A stretch of 37,433 nt of DNA, from the IMG/VR virus record IMGVR_UViG_3300031853_000122. The stretch is one strand, 5' to 3'. This DNA comes from a virus. Shown piece by piece: positions 24,859-34,334 of the stretch; positions within the stretch are counted from its first letter, which is position 1, and each line of letters starts with the position of its first letter. Under the pieces are notes generated by a model, which saw only the letters and a program-made list of their open reading frames with translations, was not told where the DNA came from and searched no databases. Position numbers and translations under genes: made by a program.

Positions 24859-25167
24859 ATGAAAACCCTTAGAGACTATGACGGAGCAGAGGGCGTTGCA
24901 AAGTTCGCAGAAATAGAGCCTTACGTTTCCGAGATCATCAAAGACAGCAATATCAACATGGCAGAAATGGGAAGTTTTCAGGTAGGTGCAAAGGCACTGG
25001 AACTTCACCCAGAGGAATGTGAGGGCATATTCAAGGCATTTGGCGGCGCTCCTGCCAGCCCACAGGGTAAAGTTGCGGCAATAGCAACAGTGCTTCTTGA
25101 TATCCTCACAGACAAGGATATGATTGATTTTTTCATATTATCGGGCAAGATAATGGAGAAGAAATAG
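24859..25167 (+). CDS. Tail assembly chaperone (gpG-like)
   Basis: 102 aa and acidic, positioned before the tape measure. Confidence 0.65.
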   Translation: MKTLRDYDGAEGVAKFAEIEPYVSEIIKDSNINMAEMGSFQVGAKALELHPEECEGIFKAFGGAPASPQGKVAAIATVLLDILTDKDMIDFFILSGKIMEKK

Positions 25168-25445
25168 CCATAATCTGCCTGATAGAGCATGAATTTTTAA
25201 ATATCAAGCAATATCTGCGGTATGTAAAGGCAAAATACAGCCTGTATCTGCATGATATGAGCTATAAAGTCTACGTCACCGATGCGCTGAAAGGTATCAT
25301 TGAGGTATCGGGCAAATGCAAGGTATCGGCACGGTGGGTTGATATACTTAATCCCCCCGAAGAAGATACACGGACCTGTGCAGAGGTAACTAATGACATT
25401 ATAGCAGGCTTGAAAAAAATCCTCAGGAAGGAGGAGAATGATTGA
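24859..25445 (+). CDS. Tail assembly chaperone frameshift product (gpGT-like; 24859-25134 joined to 25134-25445)
   Basis: Follows the conserved G/GT arrangement of siphoviruses. Otherwise 25168-25256 has no start codon or RBS. Confidence 0.6.
25128..25134 (+). promoter_or_regulatory. -1 programmed frameshift slippery heptamer T_TTT_TTC
   Basis: In the G frame the codons are GAT TTT TTC. The -1 frame is open from 25128 to 25445 and contains track ORF 25257-25445. Confidence 0.7.
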
Positions 25446-27487
25446 ACGTCTACAAATTAGAAGCCGCTATTGGCTTAAACTCTACGGAATACCAAAAAGG
25501 GCTTAAATCCGCAGGCGAAAGCATGGCTGCAATGGGCGATAAAATCAAGGCAGGCGCTGCGGCTATCGGTAAAGCAACAGCGGCAGGCATGGCGGCAGGA
25601 GCGGCAGGCGTTACAGCCCTTGCAAAGTCTGCCGTATCAGCTTATGCAGACTATGAGCAGCTTGTGGGCGGTGTTGAGAAGCTATTTGGTGAAAGCTCTG
25701 ATCTGCTTATGATGTATGCCAAAGATGCTGCGAATACTGCTGGAATGTCATATAATCAGTACATGGAGACAGCCACAAGCTTTGCGGCAGCTCTTACAAC
25801 GTCAGTACAGGCGGCAGGCGGCAGCATGGACGAGGCTGTTGAATACGCTGATACTGCTATGCGTGATATGTCGGATAATGCCAATACCTTTGGCACTGAT
25901 ATAACAAGCATACAGGCAGCATATCAGGGTTTTGCAAAGCAGAATTATACAATGCTTGACAACCTTAAGCTTGGCTATGGCGGTACTAAGACGGAAATGG
26001 AACGTCTTATTGAAGATGCTAATGAGCTGAGGCATGAGCAGGGCATTAATAACGATCTGACAATAGAGAGCTATGCCGATGTAATAACAGCTATCCATGA
26101 AGTCCAGACAAACATGAACATCACAGGCACAACAGCCCGTGAAGCATCAAAGACAATCTCTGGCAGTATCGGAGCTGTCAAGGCTGCATGGACTAACCTT
26201 ACCATAGAAATGGCGAAAGATGATGGCGATATAGACGGTGCATTTCAGGTCCTTGGCGAAAATGTCGGTGCAGTTGTTGACAATATGCTCCCGAGAGTTG
26301 AGAAAGCTATCGGCGGTATCGGTACGATGATATCAAAGGCAGCTCCACAGATAACCAACGGCTTAAAGCAGCTCCTGCCAAGAGTACTGCCTACACTACT
26401 TTCAACAGCAGGCACACTTGTTTCGAGCGTAAGCACTGCCGTTATGGAGTCTCTCCCCGAATTAATGGATATTGGCGGCGGCTTAATAGATAGCTTCGCA
26501 GGAAAATCGAAATACATTTTCCAGTCAGCGCAGAAGATGATATCAAACTTTGCAGATCAGCTCCTTAATGTTGATTATGGCAAGCTTGGTAATAATATCT
26601 CAACAATATTTACAAATGCTATAAACTCAATCACAGATTTTGTTAAGAGCATTGATTTTTACAAAGTCGGTGAGAATATCGCAGACTTTCTAAACAATAT
26701 TGACTGGCAAATGGTAGCAAACAGCCTGTTCGATTTAATAGCCGCAGGCATAAAGGCAATACCTGATATAGCAGTATCATTCTTTGCAAACGCAGACCTC
26801 GGAAACCTCATGACAATGATAGGATTAATGGGCGCTCCAAAGCTTCTTGGCGGTATTACCGACTTCACAGGTGGCGAAGAAGGACAGGAACTTGGCAAAG
26901 CAGCAGGGCAGAGCTGGAGCGGAGCGTTTATGGCTGGCGTGAAGGCGTTTGGCTTAGGTTGGGCACTTGGAACGTATATCAGAGACGAGCTTGTGGAGAA
27001 ATACGGAGAGGAAAAAGTCAATGATGTTATTGGCGGAGGCGCTTTTGGCGTTCTCGGACTTTCGCAGGAGATGAAGGTGGCACAGGAAAAAGCCAACTCA
27101 TACACCTACACAAACCGATACGGTCAGAAAGTCACTATCCCGATGTATGACGAACACGCGAACTACACAGAAGCTTACAAGAAGGTAGCTATGCAGGGTC
27201 CCGCACTTGGCAAGGGTGCGTTTATCGGTCCTGTCAAGCCCGATAACAACGCAATCGGTAATTACATCACACAGCCCACACTTACATGGACAGCTGAAAA
27301 AGAGCCTGAATACATCATACCAGAAAGCAAGATGGGCAAAGTGTTCTCCCGTGAGGGCGTGACGATCAACATCAACGTGAGCGGTGCAGACTTAGTGGCA
27401 AGTGACACAGTAGCACAGAAAATAGCTGAAACGCTGGCTAATCTCAGCATACGTCAGCAGAGAGCAGTAGGAGGTACAGCATGGTAA
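25442..27487 (+). CDS. Tape measure protein
   Basis: 681 aa, Ala/Gly-rich and helical, with a TTG start after GGAAGGAGGAG. Canonical position. Confidence 0.8.
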   Translation: MNVYKLEAAIGLNSTEYQKGLKSAGESMAAMGDKIKAGAAAIGKATAAGMAAGAAGVTALAKSAVSAYADYEQLVGGVEKLFGESSDLLMMYAKDAANTAGMSYNQYMETATSFAAALTTSVQAAGGSMDEAVEYADTAMRDMSDNANTFGTDITSIQAAYQGFAKQNYTMLDNLKLGYGGTKTEMERLIEDANELRHEQGINNDLTIESYADVITAIHEVQTNMNITGTTAREASKTISGSIGAVKAAWTNLTIEMAKDDGDIDGAFQVLGENVGAVVDNMLPRVEKAIGGIGTMISKAAPQITNGLKQLLPRVLPTLLSTAGTLVSSVSTAVMESLPELMDIGGGLIDSFAGKSKYIFQSAQKMISNFADQLLNVDYGKLGNNISTIFTNAINSITDFVKSIDFYKVGENIADFLNNIDWQMVANSLFDLIAAGIKAIPDIAVSFFANADLGNLMTMIGLMGAPKLLGGITDFTGGEEGQELGKAAGQSWSGAFMAGVKAFGLGWALGTYIRDELVEKYGEEKVNDVIGGGAFGVLGLSQEMKVAQEKANSYTYTNRYGQKVTIPMYDEHANYTEAYKKVAMQGPALGKGAFIGPVKPDNNAIGNYITQPTLTWTAEKEPEYIIPESKMGKVFSREGVTININVSGADLVASDTVAQKIAETLANLSIRQQRAVGGTAW

Positions 27488-28197
27488 ATAACTTTGTATC
27501 AGATACCGAGAAATTCAGCCTTGACGGTGTGTCGAGCGATACTCTCGGACTGTTTGTTGACTTCCTTGCTCCTGTTCCTCTTGCAGAACAGCGTTACACC
27601 GACTTCAACACGGGAGCTGACGAACAGGGGGTAACTCCTGACGATGTATTCAATAATATTCAGTATCAGATACGCTTTTACACATTTCTCCCCGATGATT
27701 ACAACGATACAGCAATAAAGGCTTTTTGCTATGGTAAATCGGTGCTTACGCTGTCACGCTTCCCGGATTACTACTTCAAGATCAAGAAAACAAGCTTGCA
27801 GGCGGCAGACGGTTCAGGGTACGGAAAGAGGATAGATTATATTCTCGCCCTTACCCTTGCACCTTTCCGATACACCGTAGATAATGAGCAGATAACCCTT
27901 GCAAGCGGTGACAGTATCGTTAACGAGCATACACGATACAGCAAGCCCGAATTTGAGCTAACTGGAACGGGAGATATAACACTTACTGTAAACGGCGCAG
28001 AATTCAGAGTAAAGGGACTTGAAGCAAACCAGACTATCATTATTGACAGCGCCCGTCAAGTCACTTACAGCGGCGATACGTTGTTGATAGGCAAGACTGG
28101 TGGCAAATATCCTTTACTTGACGTTGGCAGCAATACCGTATCATGGACAGGAACAGTCAGCTCAATTAAGTATAAAGGAAACTGGAGGGATTACTAA
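27481..28197 (+). CDS. Distal tail protein (Dit)
   Basis: 238 aa, overlaps the tape-measure stop. Canonical position. Confidence 0.6.
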   Translation: MVNNFVSDTEKFSLDGVSSDTLGLFVDFLAPVPLAEQRYTDFNTGADEQGVTPDDVFNNIQYQIRFYTFLPDDYNDTAIKAFCYGKSVLTLSRFPDYYFKIKKTSLQAADGSGYGKRIDYILALTLAPFRYTVDNEQITLASGDSIVNEHTRYSKPEFELTGTGDITLTVNGAEFRVKGLEANQTIIIDSARQVTYSGDTLLIGKTGGKYPLLDVGSNTVSWTGTVSSIKYKGNWRDY

Positions 28198-31172
28198 TGG
28201 CAATCGGCGGAAACGGCACACAGGCTAATCCCTATATAGTCGATAATTGGGCTGACTTTCTCACCTGTCTCGGGCGTAACAATGCATACATCAAATGGGC
28301 TGATATCGCAGTAAAAAAACTCTCAGAAGTCGTGATATCAACAGAAATATCCGCTCTTGCAAAGTCAGTAGACTTTAACGGCTGGACAATCGAAAGCCTT
28401 TATATTACAAAAACTTTTAACAGCAATCGCCCGTATATCGTGAACGTGTCAAGTATATCAGTATATAATCTCACTGTTGAATATATGAGCTGGAATGACC
28501 CACGTCACACCTTGATATCTGGAATTGCTTACCTTTACAACTGCTTTTTTGACAATATCACGGTACAAAAGTTGCCTAATAATAGTTATTGGTGGACAAA
28601 CGGGCAGTCAGAGACACGCAGAGGCACGCAGACGGGTATTTTTAACGGCATTGCTTTGTACAACTCTATTGTTTATCTCAACTCACAGGACGCTAATATA
28701 ATCATTCCCCGTGGCGAGTATTATAGCTGTGAGGTCTACTGCAATTACAAGTATACTCTTGACAACGCAGTAGAGCCTACACACGGTATCTTCATGCGTG
28801 GTTCGGCTTTCCATAATTGCTATGTCAGCGGAAAAATAGACATTTCTGAGGGTATGGGACACTTTGATGTTGTAAGAGCAGACGGAACGGAGGAGCTGCA
28901 AAGCGGCGGCGTTACAGTAAATAACACTATTATCAATCTGGAAACGAAGATAAGTGACCCCGACTGCTATGTATCGGAAACCCACGCCCGTACATGGGCG
29001 ATATTCGGCACGGGCAAGAGCTTTTTTGTAACAAATAACGGCAATAATTACACATACTATAACGGCACTATCTCAGACCTTGCCAAAGGCTTACTCTCAG
29101 ACTTACGCAACAGTGACGAGTTAATCCGTGAGGGTGTCATATTCATGGAAGATGATGAAACTCGATATCCGCAGTATGCTTCTGATAACTCCACAAAGGA
29201 CTGGACTTTCCGAAAGAGCGTTAACGTCAATACAGGAATACCGTTCTTGCCGTTTTGGAAATATCCGACTTACGAACCGCCTACACCCGAAGGACATGAG
29301 GTTTACGAAAACCCGTATCTTACAGTGTATGATATGGAGACGAAACAGGATAACTTTGATAATCATGGCTTGGCTATCCTCTGCCCTACAAGCGGCAGAA
29401 TAGTGGAGGAGCTTAATGGTGAATACTCACTCAGCATCACACACCCGAGAGATACCGACAACAAATGGCAGTATGTACTTGAAATGAACGTAGTCAAGGC
29501 ACTCGGACAGCTCTTTGTGATACAGAAGGTTGATGAAGTGCAGAGCGGCGGCAGTGGATATGTCTCAGCGTATGCAGAGCATATCACATATACGCTCAAT
29601 GATAAGTGGATTTTTCCACCCGTAACAATAGCAGGGTACAACGGGCAGACACTTATTGATAGCATAATGCAACAGGCAACGGACTTAGGCTATGACTGGC
29701 AGACTACATATGACTTTGATATTACCACAGATTTAAACGCCCCCGCGGGCTTCCGTGACTGGTACGAAATGTCTGAGGGTGTTACACCGTATGAAATGCT
29801 TATCGGCGGTAACGGTTTTGTCGCAAAAATCGGCGGCGAGCTATACCGTGACAATTTCCATATGAGTATTAACAGCCGTATGGAAGGTGCAAGGGATAAC
29901 GCCTTTGAGCTGGCTATCGGCTACAATCTCACAGGTATCAAGAGAACCGTTGACTTGACAACGTTCTGCACATATCTGCGAGGCTATGACATAAGCAATG
30001 GCGATTATGATAACTGGTTTGCCGTAGGCTGGGACCCGTCAACTCTCCCAAGACCGTATCCCCGTGAAGTGGTAAGAAGCACGAATTTTTTCTATGAACA
30101 CCCCGAGTACGCAGAGGAAGGGCAGCTTGTCCGTGATACAATGCTGTTCTTCAACCAGAACTGCGCCCCTTTAGTCAGCTATGAGCTGAATGTGGTTGAC
30201 TTACGGAGAAATCCCGATTACAAGATGTTTTCAAATAACTATCGGTTCAAGGTTGGCGATAAAGGCAGGGTATGGGACGAAAGACTGCAAGCGTGGCTTG
30301 AACTGGAAATCACAAGGACAGAGCATGATATCATCACGGGCGATTGTGTAAAGGTTGTTATCGGCACACAGAGGAGCTTCACACGCCCCGTAGGATATCA
30401 ACCTGTTATATCAAGGGGCATAATCATACCAGACGCAGAAAAGGTTCTGGAGGGCATACCGCCTTTGTACTTCAACACTGCTGAAAATAAGCTTAGCGAC
30501 TGGATAATCTACGGCACAGAGGGCGGCGTTGGAAAGCAGTCAGAAAATATGTGGCATGGGTCGCTGATTAACGGAACATTTGGCACAGAGGGTGAAATCC
30601 TTCCTTATTCTGCCCGTGTGGTAAATGAGACGTATTTTGACGTTTCTCAGTATAACAATGTTACTATTAACATCAATGAAGCATCTCTGATAGACGTATC
30701 TGTCGCATTATATGACGCAAATAAAAGCTTCTTAGGCGTTACTGGTTGGCAGTCAATTCCCTATGTTATCACGACTGATAACTGCGACTATATAAGACTG
30801 GTATTCCGATACAAAACTGATGAGGATATTCTTCCAGAAGATGTATCAGATATCATGCTCAATGCAGGGACAACCCCTAAGTCTTATGAGCCTTATGGGT
30901 ATTATATACCAGTTACAATATCACACTCAGAACCCATATACTATGCAACGGGAAACGGCGATAGATACGGCACACAAGAGGGTATGTACCGATTTGCAGA
31001 TGATGTACAGTCTCAGACGGTATCAATTCCCATAGACCACCCGTTGGAGGACGGGGAAAGTATCAGCCTTGCTGACACGGGTATAGATATACCAACGTAT
31101 ATCGGTGATAATACCCTTGATGTTGATACAACTATAAAGCCAAGAGTAAAGATAACTTACAAGGAGGGATAG
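28197..31172 (+). CDS. Tail-associated hub/fibre protein (Tal-like) with about 370-aa N-terminal extension
   Basis: An internal segment, LTVYDMETKQDNFDNHGLAILCPTSGRIVEELNGEYSLSITHP (from about 29310), resembles the usual N-terminus of the prophage-tail/Tal family. The N-terminus GNGTQANPYIVDNWADF looks like a beta-helix start. Confidence 0.65.
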   Translation: MAIGGNGTQANPYIVDNWADFLTCLGRNNAYIKWADIAVKKLSEVVISTEISALAKSVDFNGWTIESLYITKTFNSNRPYIVNVSSISVYNLTVEYMSWNDPRHTLISGIAYLYNCFFDNITVQKLPNNSYWWTNGQSETRRGTQTGIFNGIALYNSIVYLNSQDANIIIPRGEYYSCEVYCNYKYTLDNAVEPTHGIFMRGSAFHNCYVSGKIDISEGMGHFDVVRADGTEELQSGGVTVNNTIINLETKISDPDCYVSETHARTWAIFGTGKSFFVTNNGNNYTYYNGTISDLAKGLLSDLRNSDELIREGVIFMEDDETRYPQYASDNSTKDWTFRKSVNVNTGIPFLPFWKYPTYEPPTPEGHEVYENPYLTVYDMETKQDNFDNHGLAILCPTSGRIVEELNGEYSLSITHPRDTDNKWQYVLEMNVVKALGQLFVIQKVDEVQSGGSGYVSAYAEHITYTLNDKWIFPPVTIAGYNGQTLIDSIMQQATDLGYDWQTTYDFDITTDLNAPAGFRDWYEMSEGVTPYEMLIGGNGFVAKIGGELYRDNFHMSINSRMEGARDNAFELAIGYNLTGIKRTVDLTTFCTYLRGYDISNGDYDNWFAVGWDPSTLPRPYPREVVRSTNFFYEHPEYAEEGQLVRDTMLFFNQNCAPLVSYELNVVDLRRNPDYKMFSNNYRFKVGDKGRVWDERLQAWLELEITRTEHDIITGDCVKVVIGTQRSFTRPVGYQPVISRGIIIPDAEKVLEGIPPLYFNTAENKLSDWIIYGTEGGVGKQSENMWHGSLINGTFGTEGEILPYSARVVNETYFDVSQYNNVTININEASLIDVSVALYDANKSFLGVTGWQSIPYVITTDNCDYIRLVFRYKTDEDILPEDVSDIMLNAGTTPKSYEPYGYYIPVTISHSEPIYYATGNGDRYGTQEGMYRFADDVQSQTVSIPIDHPLEDGESISLADTGIDIPTYIGDNTLDVDTTIKPRVKITYKEG

Positions 31173-31174
31173 AA

Positions 31175-31405
31175 ATGAACAATGAAGATATACAGACACT
31201 AAAAGAATGGGCACTTTCAACGTTCGTTCAGAAAGATGCCTGTTCAGATCGGCATGAGAAAACTGACGAGAAAATCAATAATCTCATGATTGAACAGGGC
31301 AAAATGGGGACGAAGCTCTCCTTGATACTTTGGGTTGGCGGTACAGCCGCAGCCGCAAGTATCGGCAGTATATTAACATCATTATACGGCGTTATCTTCA
31401 AGTAA
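31175..31405 (+). CDS. XhlA-like lysis-associated membrane protein
   Basis: N-terminal helix plus a C-terminal TM segment LSLILWVGGTAAAASIGSILTSLYGVIF. Confidence 0.45.
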   Translation: MNNEDIQTLKEWALSTFVQKDACSDRHEKTDEKINNLMIEQGKMGTKLSLILWVGGTAAAASIGSILTSLYGVIFK

Positions 31406-31420
31406 AGAAGGTGGCGCTCC

Positions 31421-31720
31421 GTGGACAAACAGTGTAAATCCTGCTACATTGAAGCGGAGTGGCAGAATAGGTATAATTTAGCGGTAAAACGCTTTGACAA
31501 ATCAATACAAAAGGCAATGTCAATAACAATGATCGCTGTGATAGTTGCGCTTATCTGCGTGATTATCACAGCATATCTCGGAATGAAAGTTGTAAAATTC
31601 ATGAGCGATTTTGAATATGTTGAGGAAACAACGTATTCAATCGAACAGGACAGAGGTATTAACACGGCTATAATCGGAGAAGAAAACGAGGTGAATATCA
31701 ATGGCACAGAAGATAACTAA
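31421..31720 (+). CDS. Single-pass membrane protein
   Basis: GTG start. TM segment ITMIAVIVALICVIITAYLG. Confidence 0.45.
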   Translation: MDKQCKSCYIEAEWQNRYNLAVKRFDKSIQKAMSITMIAVIVALICVIITAYLGMKVVKFMSDFEYVEETTYSIEQDRGINTAIIGEENEVNINGTEDN

Positions 31721-31785
31721 AACTGTAAAGAAGTATGTACGCAAGAAGCCCACAAAGTCCACGAAAAAGCCGAAAGGAGTATGAT

Positions 31786-31977
31786 ATGAAGTTCAAGGAT
31801 AGACTGGCAAAGCTGATAGATGTAAAAACCATCGTCACGCTTACGCTTACCGCTGTATTCAGCTATTTATCAATTATCGGCAAAATATCAGCGGACAACT
31901 TCATGACAGTATTCACAGTTATTATATCGTTCTTCTTTGGCGTACAAATCGAGAAGAACAACAACCGAAAGGAGTGA
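31786..31977 (+). CDS. Holin candidate (63 aa, two TM segments)
   Basis: ATG at 31786 follows AAAGGAG. Translation is MKFKDRLAKLIDVKTIVTLTLTAVFSYLSIIGKISADNFMTVFTVIISFFFGV plus a charged tail. Confidence 0.55.
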   Translation: MKFKDRLAKLIDVKTIVTLTLTAVFSYLSIIGKISADNFMTVFTVIISFFFGVQIEKNNNRKE

Positions 31978-31981
31978 TATC

Positions 31982-32665
31982 ATGGCAGATTATATCAGCC
32001 CCTTGTTCGATACAGGAGAGGAAGTTGACGAAGCTCTCACGGCTGGACTGCAAAGCAAGGCAGCTCTGGTCGATATCGTGGACGGAGGAGCCAAGAACAG
32101 GCTTCCTTTTAACGACCTTGCAGCTATCAAGACACAAAACACAAGCGGAACATGGAACGGCAATGCTTATACACACAATAACGGTGTAACATTTACCGTA
32201 AATGATGATTTTTCCGTTTCAGTAAACGGCACAGCCACAGGCGGTAACGCAGTGTTAGTATTATCACCTGTCGGCGGATTTACGGTAGAAGAAGGCAGTT
32301 GGATACTGTCAGGCTGTCCCGAGGGTGGCTCTGGTTCAAGTTATAGCATAGCTATTGCAGGAACGGTCAGCGATACGGGAAGCGCTGCGGAATTCACGGC
32401 TGTAACGAATAAGCTTGTCAGAATATACGTTATCAGCGGAACAACGGCGGACGGGCTTATCTTTAAGCCAATGATATGTTCAAAGGCTGAGTGGGATATC
32501 TCACAGGCATATCAGCCTTACAGACCGAGTTATCAAGAGCTTTATGAACGCATACTGGCTCTTGAAGGTGGCGGCACAGCAAGCCTCAGCATGGCAAGCC
32601 CACAATCAATTGAGGAAAGCCTTAACACCACCGAAATACCAGAAGAAGGGAGCGAAGAACGATGA
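31982..32665 (+). CDS. Tail fibre / receptor-binding protein candidate
   Basis: ATG at 31982 follows AAAGGAG. Gly/Thr/Ser-rich beta-type sequence with GTWNGNAYTHNNGVTFTV. Confidence 0.5.
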   Translation: MADYISPLFDTGEEVDEALTAGLQSKAALVDIVDGGAKNRLPFNDLAAIKTQNTSGTWNGNAYTHNNGVTFTVNDDFSVSVNGTATGGNAVLVLSPVGGFTVEEGSWILSGCPEGGSGSSYSIAIAGTVSDTGSAAEFTAVTNKLVRIYVISGTTADGLIFKPMICSKAEWDISQAYQPYRPSYQELYERILALEGGGTASLSMASPQSIEESLNTTEIPEEGSEER

Positions 32666-33987
32666 ACGCAGTCACACATCTGGAAAAAGTCATAACTGGT
32701 GAAGTTTCAGCCGTAACACACCTTGAAAAAGTCATAGCTGGCGAAACATCAGCCGTGACGTACACAGAGAAGGTTATCACTGGCGAAGCAACACCGATAA
32801 CACACTTACAGAAGGTAATTGCAGGCGTTGAAAGCCCTGTAACACACCTTGAATACGTTTGGGCAGGCGGTGGAAAAGTACCTACCGAGCCGAAGTCCTG
32901 GGCGGATGTTCGGAAGATAGTCCGTGCCGGTAAAGCTCCCGAGCTCCTGCCTCTCGGCACATACTACAGCGTATGGGGCGACAGCACATCGAAAGCCATC
33001 GACCTTATAGCATACGATAAGCACTTCGACCCGTCACTCACAGCCAGAGGTTACACGCACAGCATCACACTCTGCGAGCGCGATCTCAGCGAGACGGTGC
33101 AGTTTGATGCTAACGAGGCGTTCCTTTATCTTGAGCAGGAACTCCCTGCCGGAACATACCGCTTTACGCTCCCCTCAGACTACGATGCTGCATACGGCGG
33201 AGGCAAGACATACTACTTCACATCGACGGCTTCAGTTCCTGTCGGTGGGCAGCTTGTATACACCTGGAGCTATCAGCAGTATCCCTCTAAGTGTGCAGGA
33301 TATAGCTCAAGCATATCGGCAACTGCACTCTATAATGTCAATCTTACGGAATGGATCTCCGGCGAGTCTCCCGAAGCTACAGACCTCGGCACGATCAAGC
33401 TGAGGATGTCAGATCCCGAGAGCCCGTTCGGGAAGCTTAACTCTGTCAAGCGTGCAAGATACGGCAGCAATAACTACTATCAGAGCGGCATACGGCAATT
33501 TCTCAACTCGGACTCCGCAGGTGGTACCTGGTGGCAGCCGACAAACATATTTGACCGACCATACGGACAGAGATCAAGTGCAGGCAAGCTTACACAGCTG
33601 AGCTCAGACCTCAGGTCCGTGCTTGCAACGCCCGAGATAGAGTATATCACCTGCAACGACTTCGAGTTCGGAAGCCTCGGGGACATCCCCTTCAAGCTTC
33701 AGACACCGTATACGATAGCAGAGGATAAGATTTTCCCGCTGTCTCATACCGAGGTAAATCTCTCATCAGCTCCTAACGTCGGTGCCGTGCTCGATGCCTA
33801 TGTCGGAGCAGGCAACGCGGGCAGAATTAAGAAAAGAACATCCAACAACACTGCCTACGTCTGGTGGTTGCGTACCCCGTACCCATCTAATGCCCACAAC
33901 GAGCGCAACGTCAACACTTCGGGCGCGTTGGACATCAGCGGTGCGATCAATGCCTACGGTGCCCCGGCGGCTTGCATAATCCAGTAA
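32662..33987 (+). CDS. Tail fibre protein with N-terminal 14-aa repeats and a GC-rich C-terminal domain
   Basis: AVTHLEKVITGEVS-type repeats occur about 4.9 times. The C-terminus reads NNTAYVWWLRTPYPSNAHNERNVNTSGALDISGAINAYGAPAACIIQ. Confidence 0.6.
   Translation: MNAVTHLEKVITGEVSAVTHLEKVIAGETSAVTYTEKVITGEATPITHLQKVIAGVESPVTHLEYVWAGGGKVPTEPKSWADVRKIVRAGKAPELLPLGTYYSVWGDSTSKAIDLIAYDKHFDPSLTARGYTHSITLCERDLSETVQFDANEAFLYLEQELPAGTYRFTLPSDYDAAYGGGKTYYFTSTASVPVGGQLVYTWSYQQYPSKCAGYSSSISATALYNVNLTEWISGESPEATDLGTIKLRMSDPESPFGKLNSVKRARYGSNNYYQSGIRQFLNSDSAGGTWWQPTNIFDRPYGQRSSAGKLTQLSSDLRSVLATPEIEYITCNDFEFGSLGDIPFKLQTPYTIAEDKIFPLSHTEVNLSSAPNVGAVLDAYVGAGNAGRIKKRTSNNTAYVWWLRTPYPSNAHNERNVNTSGALDISGAINAYGAPAACIIQ
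32668..32874 (+). repeat. 42-bp in-frame tandem repeats (about 4.9 copies, diverged)
   Basis: Read directly from the sequence. Peptide units are AVTHLEKVITGEVS, AVTHLEKVIAGETS, AVTYTEKVITGEAT, PITHLQKVIAGVES and PVTHLEYVWAGGG. Confidence 0.85.
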
Positions 33988-34054
33988 TCCAGATAATCCG
34001 ACTCCGTCAGGAGGCGGAAAACACACAACAACTACAACAAAGGATGTAATATAT

Positions 34055-34243
34055 ATGTCAGTACCAAAGAATAAAAGGACAGAAAACAAGTTACAGGCTC
34101 TCAAAGAAACTCTTGACATGGTTAAATACACAATACAGATGTGCGAGAATGAAAAAATATTTCCGAAAAAGGCTCGCTGGAACCTTTGCAGTCGTATCAT
34201 CGACAACTGCCTTGATATCGTCGCAAAGGTAAGGCAGGCGTAA
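34055..34243 (+). pseudogene. Truncated four-helix-bundle (Avd-like) gene
   Basis: LQALKETLDMVKYTIQMCENEKIFPKKARWNLCSRIIDNCLDIVAKVRQA resembles the first two helices of Avd / 23S-IVS family proteins (..FPK..R..L..RI...). It is 62 aa, where full-length members have about 110-125 aa. Confidence 0.5.
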
Positions 34244-34332
34244 CTATACCCACTAACAACGGCTCAACGACGGTTGATGTTGCAACAACGCTGAAACCGT
34301 CTGAGGTATATATTAAGTATAAAGGAGTGTGA
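34243..34332 (+). pseudogene. 3' remnant of a fibre/Tal-type gene
   Basis: This frame reads TIPTNNGSTTVDVATTLKPSEVYIKYKGV-stop. That parallels the Tal C-terminus IPTYIGDNTLDVDTTIKPRVKITYKEG-stop (31090-31172). The remnant has no start codon. Confidence 0.55.
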
Positions 34333-34334
34333 CT

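Noticed and set aside
33760-34332. An active diversity-generating retroelement
   Set aside because: The closed 37.3-kb circle has no reverse transcriptase-sized ORF. I could find no second (template) copy of the fibre 3' segment. The Avd-like gene is truncated. Only a remnant interpretation is tenable.
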